Shown here: positions 10,991 through 25,839 of the stretch, piece after piece | Position numbering within the stretch: the first letter of the stretch is position 1 | Layout: the number at the start of each line of letters is the position of its first letter | Source: Epiperipatus broadwayi | Taxonomy: Eukaryota; Animalia; Onychophora | Reading direction: 5' to 3' | Length of the DNA stretch: 64,000 bases | NCBI GenBank assembly: GCA_028023455.1 | Contig: JAQFVV010000004.1 | Span: 18,352,001-18,416,000, forward strand | Notes under the pieces: model-generated | Told to the model about the DNA's origin: nothing | Database searches by the model: none | The model's input: only the letters and a program-made list of their open reading frames with translations | Program-made: the position numbers and the translations under genes

Positions 10991-13509
10991 AACAAATTAA
11001 AATAATATAACTTTTGATTCCCACTTTAAATATATATGCACTCATTATAGAAGAAAACAAACTTTAGCAATCTTCACTTTATTATAGTAAGAAACAATAT
11101 ATACATTTACCAAACTCCATATGAAGAAATTTTATTTCATAGAAGCTTAAGAAATCCATTGTCGAATCTCCAAAACAAGAGAAAAAAATAGCCTAAACAA
11201 CGGAGAATTATTTAATATTCGTATTCTAAACAAAATTCATTAATTTATCTAATATTCACGGAAAATATATTTAATTTCCAGTAAAATTAAGCAAACATTT
11301 TATGTAAAATGTTGATTTCTAACATTAATAAGAAAGTTTTTTACATATCTTTAAAAGTTTTAGTTATATTTACATATTTTAAAAAATGGTTAAAACTACA
11401 AAAAAATCTGACAAAAATTATAATTTAATAAGACATGAAAATAAAAAATATGCTCTCTACAAACGAATTCTAAATTTAAATATCATGTGACCATCTACTA
11501 TATAAAAATAATTATTTATGTGTTGGCTTTTACAAATGTAGTGTTTCCATCAGATATACTTTTTTTTAAATTTTAATTAACTTAATTAATTAGGTACGAG
11601 TTAAATTAATATTAACAAAATTTTTTTCTATAATTGTAATATTATCGTCAGTTCAGTTGTTAAAAAGTTTTTTTGAGAAGCGTAAGAATGTAACTTAGAG
11701 TTTTAAATGCGAATGGATTTTTTTTCATTGTTAAAAAATTAAAAAATGTGGACATAAAGGGCAAGTTAATACAAAAGCATTTAATTACTTTGTGTTCTTG
11801 ATGCTTGAGTTAGCAATTATTTTAATGATATTTAATTTACAACAAATATTATTTTCTATGGCTATGATAATATGGTGTTCACATTTGAGATTTTATTTTA
11901 AAAAAATATTTTTCTTTACTTTAAATAGACCCTAGCAAAATAATAAATACACACTTTCGTATCAAGTTTCTATAATATTTTAAAAAATATATTTTGGTTA
12001 ATTTTAAAGAAACCAATATTTGCATACTCTAAATTGCCTGCCTAATTATTCGCAAATCATGAAATAATTTAATACAAAAATGCATAATGTTTGTTGTTAA
12101 AAAAAAAAAAAAGAAGACAATAATCAAAAAGTCACAATAATGAATGTTTTTAATTAACAATCTAAGTACATTCTATTTTTATTTCATTTTATGCTTAATT
12201 CAATCACTATCGGTGTAAAAAAAAACAATTGTCTTACAATGTTTATATATTTCAAAAGTGGATTATTGCAAGCTAGAAGTAGATTATTAACATTTCAGCA
12301 TATCAATAACCATCAGCGATGATTATAAAAAACCTGACACTGTTTATACAAAAATAAAGCAGAAGTGATGGAATTTCGATTCAAGAATCTTAAACTACAG
12401 TTTTCTTCTGCTTAAATTATTCTTGAAGAAAAATAAGTTTTATAAAAATAGATGTTTAAAAAAATATTTTCAGATCTCTTAAAAAAAAAAAAAAATTGTG
12501 CATATTTACATATTTTTACTTTTAATTTTTAAAGTGCCTCAATACTATATGTTTATAGTTTCTAACTGTTGAATACTGATCACAGATTGAAAACAATGAT
12601 GATTTCAAAAATAAAAGCCAGAAATAAGAATAAATGGATACAAAGTATCTCTTGAATACAATATATAAAATAAAAGGAAAAATTTCTCACTATTTCATTT
12701 ACAATCAATCCATGAATCTCTAATATTATTTTTACTTCGGAATAATTAGATCATAGTAGATAATTAATAAAAAGATGAATATCAAAGTCTACTGTAAACA
12801 AAAGTTAATGTTTAGGTAATATTTGCTATAGAATATTTTGCATACAGTATATTTAAAGGGTCTATGATATATGTGTTTCTAAAAAATAATTTTCTTAATA
12901 TTAAAAATATCAAAATTCATTTTGTTAATGCAATTCATTAATTTAATCTGGAGAATCTTCTTTTTTTTTTAAACATTAAGTGTTAAAACTTTGAAGATTC
13001 ACAATAAATTATGGCTGCAAAATATAATAACTAAAAAGAGAATCACGGATTTCTCAAGAGACTTTAAAGAAACCAAGCAAGGCAAATTCTTAATATCTCC
13101 TTCATTCAATCTTGTCATTGTAGCTCTGATTGCGTGGAAATAATCACAAGGTAAACAATTATTAAGGGAATGCTCACTTCTATACAAGAGTTTAACGGTC
13201 TTTACTGCCAAGCTCCAAGACTAAGAAACATCATGGTCTATTGTTTCAAATAACTGATATTTCTTGTGATATCAATTGGGAAAGGGGGAGGGAGGGTTTA
13301 AGGTAGAATGAATGCATAAAGTTTGTGTGAATGATCATCTCTTTCATATTTATGATTTTAGACAAAAACAAATTTACGTCTTTATATTCCAGGAGCTAAG
13401 AAAACATGTTTCAAATGAAGCCAGAGTAATAAAATCATCCAGATTATGAAATTAGGCTGCTATTCAATGATTTATTTATTTATTTAACTATCTATAATTA
13501 CAGATCATT

Positions 13510-14180
13510 TTAAACAAAAAAGATGTATAAATTGGAAGAAAATTATCCAATATTTTTAAATGGGACATTGTTGAACTTTGTGAAGTAAGCAGAAAAAGTG
13601 AAGAGGCAAATGTTTTTCATTATAAAACTACAAATATTGGAAGCACAGGTAGAGTATGATTGACTATAAATAAAAAATGGAATACTATTGTTGAAACTGA
13701 TGGTATATACAATCGTGTCTCAAATACAGATAATCCAGTTACCCTTGCTCAAGAAGTTTTCATTCTGATGAAAAAAATAGAATTTTTATTTAGATGTACA
13801 AAATTCTATTGATCAGGCTGAACATTTTAAAATTGAAATTTTAAAGCCAAAACTGGAAAATGGTTGAAAGAAAACAGAGTTATGGAGATAAAAATTAAAG
13901 AAGACAAAAAAAGAATTGCAGAATTAAATTACATTTTTTAGCAAAAAAAAAAAATTGTATTTCAAAACTTTAATACACTCAAATAAATTCAACACAGAAA
14001 AGTTTTTTAATAAGACAGAAATAATAATTTTTACACAAACAATGTTTACAAATCTACTAAACTTCTTCCAAAAACTCCTACAATTTTTGTATTTGCAGAT
14101 TCCAATTTTTGAGATTCCCTATGAAAATATATGATTAGACCTTCATCCTGCAGTGGATTGATAATGGTTGATGATGGATG
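13510..14180 (+). mobile_element. Internally deleted RTE-clade LINE remnant
   Basis: FKWDIVELCEVSRKSE resembles an RTE APE N-terminus; ends in cagtggattgataatggttgatgatgg, a 3' end shared with 17830-17850. Confidence 0.5.
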
Positions 14181-14299
14181 AAGCAGTCTGTCAATTTCTG
14201 AAAATGGACAGCTTTGGGCATGTGTACATGCTTTATAATATTAAGTAAGGAGGAACATTCCATTTAAGTATACAGAGGACAGAGACAAAAAAAGTTTTC

Positions 14300-16200
14300 A
14301 TTGCCTGTTGACCTAATAGTATTTTATTTCCCCAAAACAACAAGAATAAATCTAGCCATTCTTGTAATTTACATGATCATAATTAAAAGCCTCCCTATTC
14401 TTAAAACCAAACTCAAATCAATACATTGAACATCTTATAATAATGGAGTATTAATAGAATCCTACCCATTCTATCCTGTTATGATAAATTTGACAAACAT
14501 AACAATGACTGCCAAAAAATTCATCTACTGAGGGCAATTTAATTTGAGTTGGAACAAAACCTACAGTACACTTTTAGTTGTCTATCAGGGATATGGAAAT
14601 TGCTGATAAACCTATGAAATCTTTGGATTTTTTTATTAAAAAAGAAAGGTAGAGAAAGATTATAAAAAAATAAACAATAAGAAATTTAATTGAAAAGATT
14701 GGTGTGGCTGCTCTCTATAAAAACCATTACTGTGGATTGCTAATGAGATTTCCAATCTTATATATCAGACATCTAGATATAAAATTGACAGACCCAGAGA
14801 AAATATTATCATCAAGCCAAACTATAAGCTCCTCTTCAACAAAGATTCTCTAATAACAACCCAAGAAAACCAATAAATATTTGTAAACTCAAACTTGCCC
14901 TTAATAGTTATAAAAGGGAAAAGGCTGCAGACACAGCTAGCTACTTCCAGTTTTTCTTTAAAAAAAATCTAGGATTAAAGCCAAAACAGAGATCAGCAAT
15001 ACTATATTATGAATAGAAATACAATTCCAAAAATCTGGCATGAAATCAAAATTACAGCATTCATGAAATATAATAGGAGGTAATGATCAAAAAAATTTCA
15101 CCTCCATTATTATTGCATGTTATCTGCAGGCTATTTGAAAGAATCATATATGCAATAATTAGGTTAATAACTGGAGCCATCTGCTTTTTGAATAGGCTAG
15201 ATTTAGGCCAGCTTTATAAAAGTAAAATGATCTCCCATGGAAAAATTCAAATAACATTACACAACAATTTTTCTCTGAAATCAATTTTATCACCCACTTC
15301 ATTTAATATATTCATCACTGAACTTCCAAAAATAAAATGCAAAAAATTCATTTATGCTAATGACATTGCCTTTCCAAACTGTGAGATTTTTATTTCTGAT
15401 CCCACAAATATATATATGTTCAACTGTTTATCTAAATAAGAAAGCATCTAATAATCTTTTAAGTATGGCCTTCTGCAACAAGTGACTGAAATACAATCCT
15501 ATCCCAAGTTATTTATGAATAACTTCGGGCTATGGCCTAAGGTTAGATCTAAAATAATCTCTAGAAATAACCTCCTTGGAAAGTTAAGTAGCATTACTTG
15601 ACAATGTGAGAGAAGTACTCTACAGACAACTTCCTTAGTAACTGCACATTACATTGGTAAATATTGTGCACTTGATGAAGAAATGTCCACACTAAATTTC
15701 TGGATATACCATTAAATATTAACACAAGCTATATTACTGTTACAATCAAGACCACTCTTGCAACATCCATGCATTCACTAAACATCAGAAGATAAGTTGT
15801 CCCATAGAAAATAAATAAAAAACTATTATATATATATATCAGACTTACTACTAACTCATAATTTAACCATGCTTAACCAAAAATCTCTCCAATCATTCAA
15901 AAAAAAAATAATAGTGCTGTAAAAATGGGAATTCCTGTGAGGTTCCAAATATTATTCCACATCCAACATTAAAACTAATTCTACTTATTTTTTCTAGATA
16001 TTCTGGAATCTCTGCAGATTCAAAAATACCCAAATTGAAGACATACTTATTTTACAATTAAATTTGGCAATCTCTAGTCTGCAGCTGTGGTTAACACAAA
16101 CTATGAATCACAGAATATAACTGCCAAATCTATGCACACAGTGGCAGAATTGAACGTCTTAATAAAGACACTATTGTAACTATCTCCAAGCTTATATCTC
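14300..16200 (+). mobile_element. Decayed Ingi/Vingi (I-group) LINE, RT region
   Basis: IPKIWHEIKITAFMK, SILSPTSFNIFITELP..KKFIYANDIA (YADD motif), NNLLGKLS...YCA; many stops and frameshifts. Confidence 0.65.
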
Positions 16201-16379
16201 TACAGATTCCTTTAAAATATTTATTAAGAATGAGCTGTTTTTTTTTTTTTTTTTTAAAAATCCAATGTTAAATAAATACTCCAATGAATATGAACTAGAA
16301 TTTGCAAATTATGATGGCTCAATTATGAAAGAATTCAGTAAGATAATTAAAATTTTATTAAGGATTGCTGCTATACAGA

Positions 16380-17850
16380 TAGACAACAGAACAATAATGT
16401 AGCAAAAGAAAATATTTAAAAATAATCTATTTAGTAAAGAAAAAAATTAATCATTGCTTAAGAAAATATAAATGAGGATAAAAACATCTATAAAATTTCA
16501 AAAGTATAACACATTTTGATGATGGAAAAGAAATTATTTTAAAAACAAAAAGAAAAGATAACATTAATTACCAAAAAAAGAAAGGACATCATGAAATGGA
16601 TAAAAAAATAATAAAAAAAAACAAGAAAACAAAATAGTTCCTATAATTTGAACATCTTGCGAAATGTCAAGTATTTTAAATGAAAGGATGAAACATTGCA
16701 ATTAAATCTTAGAAGAATAAAAATTTTCAAAATATGGCAGAAAAGAAGCAGAATGAAATAAAGAAATTGACAGTAAAGCTATACACAAAAGTTTAAATAA
16801 TAAGAAGTTGGGGAAATACAGTAGTGATATTTAAAAAAGATGAAAAAGAACACATTAAAAATTGTAGAAATAGTTATAGCACAATAAATCATATTCAAGT
16901 ATTAATAGAAGTTATAGGAAAGACCAACAGTACCATTTACCATTATGTGATGGATTTCTATATTACAAAAAGACATTTGATTGTATAAGCATTTCTACAG
17001 TGATAAAGGCTTTAGATTATTAAGACATAGAACCAGAATATTGTCAATATTCTATATGCAAAATATAATGATTCAATGATTAATGTTTGGCAGAATGATA
17101 TCTCTAAAACTTTTTACAGCAGTTTTATAGGAAATATTTTATGGATTAAAATGGAAAGTTAAATCATCTGGGTTTTGCAAATGTTTTTTTTTATTTACAA
17201 GTAATATTTATTGATCTTCAAGAAATGTTATAAAAACTATCATATGAAAGCAAAAGATTAAAGTAAAGATAAATATAAAAAGACAATAAATGTTTAATGG
17301 CTGTTAAAAAGAGAGAATATTGATGATAATAATAAAATAACAAGTATTAATACTTTAGTCCAATTATTAATTTGGTTGGAACAACAGATAAAATTAATTA
17401 CTGAATTAAACTTGGACGAAGTGTTTATGATAGAAATAACTTAATAAAAAAAAAAAAAAAACCATATAAAAAAAAAATTAACAAATAAGTTTTACATGAA
17501 TCCAAAATCTGGATGATTAATAATTGAGCAACACTGAGACTTTAGATCACATGGTGAAATGTGAAAAGTTATATATTGATAATAATAATAAGAGATCAAA
17601 ATAAAATATATGATTGAGAAAAGAAATAATATCATTGTCATACATAAAAAAAAAAAAGGAACTGACTGGTGGGACATGTTGCTGTAAGGGATGACATTAA
17701 ATGATCAGTTGAAGTTTACAATTCTAAGAGATTGTAACATATTTAAAAAAATAATGTTTATTAGATGGCTAAATGAGATTAAAAAATTCGTGGAATGATG
17801 AAAAAATGAGAACTTGGAGAGACCATCCTTAGTGGATTGATAATGGTTAA
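16380..17850 (+). mobile_element. Decayed RTE-clade LINE (RT to 3' end)
   Basis: Remnant DF.KxFD region near 16950-17060 and an RTE-like 3' end (ggagagaccatccttagtggattgataatgg). Confidence 0.5.
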
Positions 17851-18149
17851 AAATACTATATATATTCATATAATTTTATTCACAAAATAGCTATAATAAT
17901 TTACTAGTTTTATTCCCAAAAAATCACTTTTGCCTACTTTCTAATAACAATGTTAATTGGACTTTGTCAATAGTTATAATACATATTATGAAAAAAAAAA
18001 GTTTGACTAAAAGTTGGTTTATTAAGAATTCGAGAGTAACAACCACCATGTCTATAGGTACCAATTTTATAGTAAAATGAACAATTAACTTTATCCTTTT
18101 CAGTGTCAAATATCTAAGCTAAATATTCAGCCATAGCTTAGAACACTTA

Positions 18150-19560
18150 CATAGTTGAAGATTAAACAAACCAGTTTTAGTCAATCTTTAACCTAACTGA
18201 AAATTGCGAGTGTTTCAAGGTATTAAGAGCTTGCAAAAGCCAATCACAAAAGATTCTTTCTTCAAATTATGAATGCTGTTGATATTTAGACTAAACATCA
18301 ATTAACATTTGCTTAATGTATTAATACTTACGAATTAAACTCATTTTTTTATTAATACCACAGATGTTAATTTCAAGTAAAAGTTTATTCTTTAGAAAAA
18401 TATTTTAGATCCTTGTGACAAAATTAAAGAATGTACTTTTTGATTTACTTGTATTGTAGTCTTGGCCAATTGTTTATTAGGCAAAATTATTATTTATTTT
18501 ATATGGACCTGCATCTAAGAATAAAATTGAATGGAATGAATTTATTAACAACTTGCCATCCTCAGGTAAAATCACTTGGAATCAAGCCAATGGTTTAACT
18601 AAAATAATCCAGATATTAATGTATTCAAAGGAATTGTCAGATGATGAACTCATCAGTATGTTTGAAGAATTAATTACTATTTCTGAACTTTGGCTTTCTG
18701 AAAATGTTTCATATTTGTTATCAGACGATTTTTTGTTTAAGCTATGTTAGTAGATTGGATAAATTATCTTCATAGTATTAGAATAGATTTCACACTGAGG
18801 AAAATAAATGTATTCTGGGGGGGGGGGGAGATAAAGTATGAGTATAAAGTCAAATTTTTCTTCTAAATTACTAAGTCAATCTTGTAAGAGGCATCATACA
18901 TCCCAATTCTATAACTCCCTGATCCCATAAATACACGGGGAACTGAAAGGCTTTCTACATAGAAACTTAAAATTATGCAAATTCGAAACAGATCGGATAA
19001 AAAAGATAGAATTATACACTAATTTTCACTTCCAGTACTTAAGATTTGCCCAAATATAAGCATTTGGGTTGGATAGAATAAATGGATTCATTTTATTCTT
19101 TCCTAAATACTATATCTTGTGTTGGGATCAAAGTATTCATTTATTATTAACACTCGTAAAAAGCGCATGTACAATAGCTTGACAGGCTGATCTTTAATGT
19201 ACTAAAGACTTAGTTAATATGGGATATAATCTTTAAAAAATAAATTCAATAATAGCTAATTTCTATAGCAAAATCTTCAATCTGAAGACAAAAAGTCTCC
19301 CTTACGTGTCTAAAATCATGCAAAAATTAAGAAAAATATGTACAGATAAATATAACATCAGTTTCCAGTCGCCTCTGACATTAAATAAATTGTTAAACAA
19401 CTCCTAAGATAAAATAACTAGGGGCTGCACACCAAAAGTGTACAAAATTGCATATAAAGATTCAAATTGCTTAAAGGCTTACTACAAAGAAATGAGAGCT
19501 AACTTATCCACTACACTGGCCCAATATATACCTAAACAACTGGGCTAAAAGCAGTGAACA
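18150..19560 (+). mobile_element. Highly decayed LINE (APE-like remnant)
   Basis: YGPASKNKIEWNEFINNLPSSGKI resembles an APE segment; the rest is not alignable by eye. Confidence 0.3.
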
Positions 19561-21358
19561 CTCATCAATATTTTTGGATCATGAGCTAAAGCTAATCCAC
19601 AACTTCAATCTCTCTAGAGCTGAGATCGTTTGCTCTGAGAGAAATGACAAAAAGAGAAAGATGAAGGAGGTATTAATAATAGACAAAACAACTTTAAAAT
19701 CAGAGTTTAATGAATTTTAATTATAAATGCTATGACTATGATACGTTTAGTATTGAAAGCACTTAACTGAATAGAATAAATATTTGTAACTTCGGAAAAA
19801 CTGATATGTTGTTAAATGTATAAACATTTCCTAAATCATTATTATTTAGTAACTGTAAATTATTTACAAGCTTATTAAAATTATTAGAACATGGCAAGCT
19901 ATACATTGAAATAAATGTTCCTTTTAAATTTTCCTATTTTTTAAAAATTATTTATATTAATAAAATAATTCCAGAAAAGGCATTTTAAAATTTCACTATT
20001 ACATATTGATCATCCTATTAGAGAAAGTTTAGATTTTTTGAGACAATAAAATGGAAACATATAAAAATTTTCATTTCTGCTATGAATAGTGTAATTGTAT
20101 TAATTATTTAATAAATCTAATAAAATATAAAGTAAGCAGTTTTAGAATATGTAACATGAATCAATTATAAAACTTCAAGATTAAATATTAATCAAGCTAT
20201 GTCTTGTGCAATTGACAATTTGGCTATTCATGAAAAGACTTATTTCCTTACAACTAAACATATTATTGTGTAAAATCATCATCCAAACTTAGGATATTAC
20301 AATGCAAGTAGATTGCATCAATTAAAGAATATACACAGTGCTAAACCATGGTGTTTAAAGTGTGTGACCCACTTATACTACGATTCCTTAAGTTTTGGGC
20401 AGTGATTTTTACATATTTTGAAGATAATCTGTATCATATTTTTTGGATTTATATAACTATTTTATAATGAAATTTGATATCAATATTAAAACTTTTATTA
20501 CTACAGACAGAATCTGGATTGTTATTAATAGATGTTAATAATATTTATCCTTTTTGTTATTTTGTTAGTGTATTTATTGTAGATTTCATGATCTTTACCA
20601 ATTATGTACAAATGATTCAAAAAAATCTGTCAGGGCTTTTACAACCTTTATAATTATGCAATGTTTTTAATAGTCAGCAATGCAGAATTAATAATCTACC
20701 CTATGATGATAAAAGTAGTATCTTAATGTTCTCATTAGCAATTTCATTTAACTCAACTCCCTATGTGTCAAGATATTCTGACCAAAACCTATCAGTTGTG
20801 AACATAAAGCAAAACTGTTCAAATCAATATCAAATCTTTCACAGTGACTACATTTAATAGGGACACATTTGAAAGTAGCATGCCAGATTTGCTGGAAAAA
20901 AGAAAAAGAAATGATTTTTATTAAAATATGGTTCAAGATATGTATCAGTATGGAATATCCATTAAAAGTTTTGCTATATGGCAAATTAAGTCTCCTTCTT
21001 CAGTATATGGATGTTATAATATAAACTAACCGAACTTTAGCAAAAACAAGTCAAGTGTGTTTCAATGTGGGAATATCATTAAATAATTAATTAAGCATGA
21101 ATGCTCAAGAATATGAATAGCATAATAATTAAAATTAAAAATATTAAATAAATAAATAATATTATAAAAAAATATTTAATCAATATTATATTTGAGTTGA
21201 CTCCATTAGATTGGAACCAATTTAAAAGAAGAATTATCTCTTGCCCACAATATTAGCTAACTAATAGCTGGATCATAGTAAAATCATTTTACAGTAATAA
21301 AATATCTGATATATCCCTTTATACACTATACATATATAAAAACACCTCGGCCACTTAC

Positions 21359-21521
21359 CATGGATAAATAACACAAACAACGGCAAACTTCGCATTCACC
21401 ATCTTCATCAAAATTTTTACTTCGACGTGATTTATTTTCACTTTCATCATTTCTGCCAATTTTCACTGCTGTCTTTAATCCAATATCAAATAACTGCTTT
21501 CGAAGTTTCAATTCTGCATCC
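21359..21521 (-). CDS. JARID2: JARID2 exon (DAELKLRKQLFDIGL...CEVCRCLCYLSM), first half of zf-C5HC2
   Basis: Lies within ORF 21326..21730; tttag acceptor, gtaagt donor, 163 nt, phases fit both neighbours. Confidence 0.92.
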
Positions 21522-24500
21522 CTAAATAAATTCAATATGATGTGAAAATTACAAAACAATTTTAATGTAAATTCGTTTATACATGTATCTTTATAAACAC
21601 ACATGTATCTATTGTAATTTACTTTATAAATGCTTGAATGTGACTTATGTATGACAAATGTATTATGTATATCCCTACCTAAGTGCAACAAAAACATTTT
21701 TTGATTTTCTTTCAACGTTATCGTATTCATCTTGCTGAATTATAAATGAAGTTGATGGTTGATATTATTAACAAAAACCTAGATAATAAACTAAAATTAT
21801 TTAATTATAGATAGAAGCATCATTCCTCAGTTTGAAATGTCTTACAATTTTAAATAAAAATAATTTCAGTTTCTAATTATTTGAATGTTTCCTAGTAATA
21901 ACTTTATGTATTAAAGTAAGAGAGATCATCTGGTAACCTGAAAGTAGCAATGTTGTATAGAAGAGAATATAAAAGAATTACCAGATAGCAGACTGGCACA
22001 AAATTTGCAATGTCTCTAGTAAAAAAGTGCTTGAAATAATCAAAAAAATCCTGATATTTGCAATTTTGATCACCTACAGAATTTAGTGATCAAAGTAAAA
22101 CTAAGTTGATATAATCAATAAGACCGATAATCTTTTCATTTAGAAAACCAAGATCAATTTTATCACAAGGATTTTTTTTCTGTAAATGTCATACAGATTA
22201 AGAATGCATTATTAGACTTTCATAATATCCTTCCACTCTTCGAATAAATATATTTATTTGGAGTTCTACTCTGACAGAGGTGACAATTATTAGATATATA
22301 TAAAACTCTATTTAATAATTAGCCGGTTTGGTATTGTAATGGAGTCAAACCTCATAGTCAGCGTAACCAATTAACATGCCCATAATTTATTGTTCAAATT
22401 AGGATGATTTTTTGGGATAGTGGAGGATTTTTGAAGGAATTTAAAATTTTATTTCGGTTAACGAGATGGAACCAATCCTGTTTACTATAAGTGTCAGTAA
22501 ATGGATAGCAAACTATTACTAGCTGAAGCATAAATCAAGAAAGATGAACTGCAAAAATTTTCATTTGCCTGCTGATTCATCTGGAAAGTAATTTCTTCTT
22601 TATTACTTCTTTATTGAGTAATCTGAATCATTGATCAGTAGTGAACAATTTAAAGCTGTTCAACTTTTATCTTGATGAAACTTAAATCTCTGTAATTACT
22701 GTTGATTACAAAGTCATTCTAATGATTAAATTTACATGTAGTTTTTTTTCTTTCTTACAATAGTTGTTTACTTTTTTCTTTATTTATTTGACTGCACTTT
22801 CATTTCAGATTCTTGATTGCTGGAATCTGAATAAGTTATGACTTCAATAATTGTTAAGTTTGAATCTCTTGAGTATTCTAAATAATATCAATAGTTTTCT
22901 TACTCTATCCTGATTAGTGCTAATATACTTATCTCCTTTCTCTTTGTGGAAAGATACAAAATTCAAGACATTTAATTTAGTATTGCAATAGTATAACATT
23001 CACTTATTACATACTAAATTACATTACTTATGAATGACCCAATAATCTATCTCTCATCATTATCAACTGCCAATAGAGTAATTTCGGCTGGTTCTGTCTA
23101 TAAACCAGATATAAATATCAAATGTGGTTATGATAATCCTCTGCTCTTCCAAAAGCATAGCAGACTCCCATAAATAATTTTACTAAAACATGAAGAGAAT
23201 GCTACTTACCATTAATATACATAAAAATATCCATAAAACATTTGTAAAAAACCTCTACAAAAACGTTCAGTTCAACATATGCAACTGTAAATATTTGATG
23301 TCAAGGAATTTACCATACATCTTATGGCAATATCTTGGATCTGCTCAAATATTAATTTTATAAATGAGTGAATCGCCTTGTTTCTTTGTGATCATAATAA
23401 ATAAATCTGCTGCAAATTATTACTTCTAATGCTTTCATGTAGACTTCTTATATTCCAAGATTCAAATATCCTGATTGGGAAGAGAGCACCATAATTAAAA
23501 TTTCCAATCACCTTATGTTGCTAAGTGTTATGAATAATTATGTATCTAAGTCATCTATCTTCAAGTATAAATTATTAATGTGAATGAAGTCAGTCATGCC
23601 AAAGAACTATAAACAAAATTGTAACTAACATTATAGTCTTGGATAAGTCCTTGATGCATAATACAATTATGAAGATTAATCATTTATGTTCAACTGTCAA
23701 TTCATATTTTTTTGTTTCCTATTACTTTGCAATTACAACATTATCAAACAGTACATTGCCATTTTCAAAATTAATACTGTATTTATCTTATTTTTAAAAT
23801 AAATTTCACGCAAACCTAATTTATTGCTAAAGCGAGAAGTCCTATTTTCAACCGAGTTCAATTTTCCATAATAATAGTTTGTGGGATTTAAATCAGTTCC
23901 TTTTTCACTGAATTAAAGGACTTTGTAATAAAAATAGCTAAAAAAAATTTTTTTTTCATTCAATTTGGTCACTCCAATGTTTAAAAATAAATCATTTTTA
24001 TATTTTTTATTTTAATTTTTATTGAGAAAATTTGGACTGTTGCTTTACTGGAGACAGCTTTCGCTGTAATTCTGATTTTAAATTTACCCTTAGACTTAAT
24101 AACTTCATTCATGTGCTTTAGAATAACATTACAGCAGATTGGATACAAATCTACAAAATTTTACTTCTTCTTTGCATCCTTCACAATGTTTTACCCAATT
24201 TAACTATTTTGCAGTTTTGACTATTTAGCAATCGTTTTCTTTACCGAATAAACATCTATTAATGTAAGTTCAAAATAAAAGTATTTAAATTAAATAAAGA
24301 ATGCAAAAATAACTTTATTAGTTGTTCAGACAAAAATATATGTTATAAAAATAAATAGTCGCATTTATCATGCTATAGAATATCATATTGTAGATGATAT
24401 AAATATACATTGCAAGCCATACCTGGTGAATATTTTAATTACTTAAATTTGGTTGGCATTTGTCAAAAGTATTTATAGTAATTTTCTAATTAAAAAGGGC

Positions 24501-25839
24501 AAATGATCTGATTTTTATTCTTTAATTGCAAATTCCTTTTTTTTAAATGAAAAATAAGATATATCAGTTATTTATCAATGTTTTTATATTTCAAATAATA
24601 ATCTGTTAGTGATACCTCTTCACAATTCATGAAATAGAAACAAGATCTCAATATTTTAATAAATTTAATCACAAAAGAGTAAATGCGGGCAAAAAAACCT
24701 GTTTCTATTATATTATATTGGTATGCATGAACAGGATATACATTGAGACTACATTTTCAATTCTAAGTTTTTGATAGGTATTTTAGATGCCAAATAGCCA
24801 TCAATGTTCATAAAATTGATGTAACAATGAGATATATTAGTCAATTTGGCAACTATATAAACCTTAAGACTAGTAAGACAGTTCTAATCTTTTCATCCCT
24901 TATCATAAAGTATAATATTATAATCTTGTTTAAGCTGTTATCAAAAAAAATAAAGAGTTATCTTAAGATATCAAATAAAAAGATTTCTTCACTTGAATCA
25001 TATAATTGACAAGTTGAATCAAAGAATTGTGATAATATTTATTTAGATATATGATTCTTGAAATACCCCATATAGAAATTTGCCTTCAGGTTCTCTAAAA
25101 ATTTCATTTAAAGTAGAATGTGTTGCATTTAAAAATAAGTAATTGATAATAAGTAATTGATAATAAATGATTATACTTTAAACTGGACTACGGAACACAT
25201 TTTGTTTCTTGTATTCTAATAAGTCACCGATAATAAATCATTAAATTTTAAACTGGACAGATTATGTAACACACTTGGTTTGTTGTATTCAAATAAAAAA
25301 AACCCCACATCAACAAAAATGGAGATTTTGCAATCTTTACAAGATCAACATAGTGGGCATTAAGTAGATTAATACATATTCTGCCAAAAAACTTCATATG
25401 GACATTGTAATTCTAACAGAAACTTTGTGTTATGGTTTATTATCTAAACACATAAAAGCTTATAAAAATGTTAACCTCAATTTAATGGGGGGGGGGGGGA
25501 GGGGAGTAATAAATTACCCATGGATAATGCTGTATTGTATTGGTAAGAGATTTAAAATTTCCATACTTGGCCAAAAGATTCAAAGTCAATCAATCCTAAT
25601 TCATTCACTATAACTGGGTTCTTTAAACTTTTGTAAGGCAGCAGTCTTAACTTTTAGTATATATAAAATTTACAGTTATATGCTATTTTCATAGAGAAAA
25701 ATTGCATTAAAGATCAAGATAGAAGTTACTGCAGGATTTTTATATATTTAAAAATCAACAACAATCATTCATAAAAGAGTATGGGCATTTCAACTCCAAA
25801 AAAAAAAAAAAAACTACTGTAGAGATTAGTTTTATAACG

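Noticed and set aside
12999-13211. 70-aa minus-strand ORF as a possible JARID2 exon
   Set aside because: The flanking exons (21359 and 10247) already join in frame with no missing sequence, and it has no recognisable similarity.
20748-20984. 78-aa ORF with CSHC, a possible zinc finger
   Set aside because: Only one CxxC, no splice support, and not needed in the gene model.
23750-24260. Possible mariner remnant
   Set aside because: Only a faint helix-turn-helix resemblance; no TIR pair or catalytic motif found.
25135-25300. 14-bp and ~70-bp local tandem duplications
   Set aside because: Ordinary slippage duplications in AT-rich intron; not CRISPR-like (no unique spacers, two units only).
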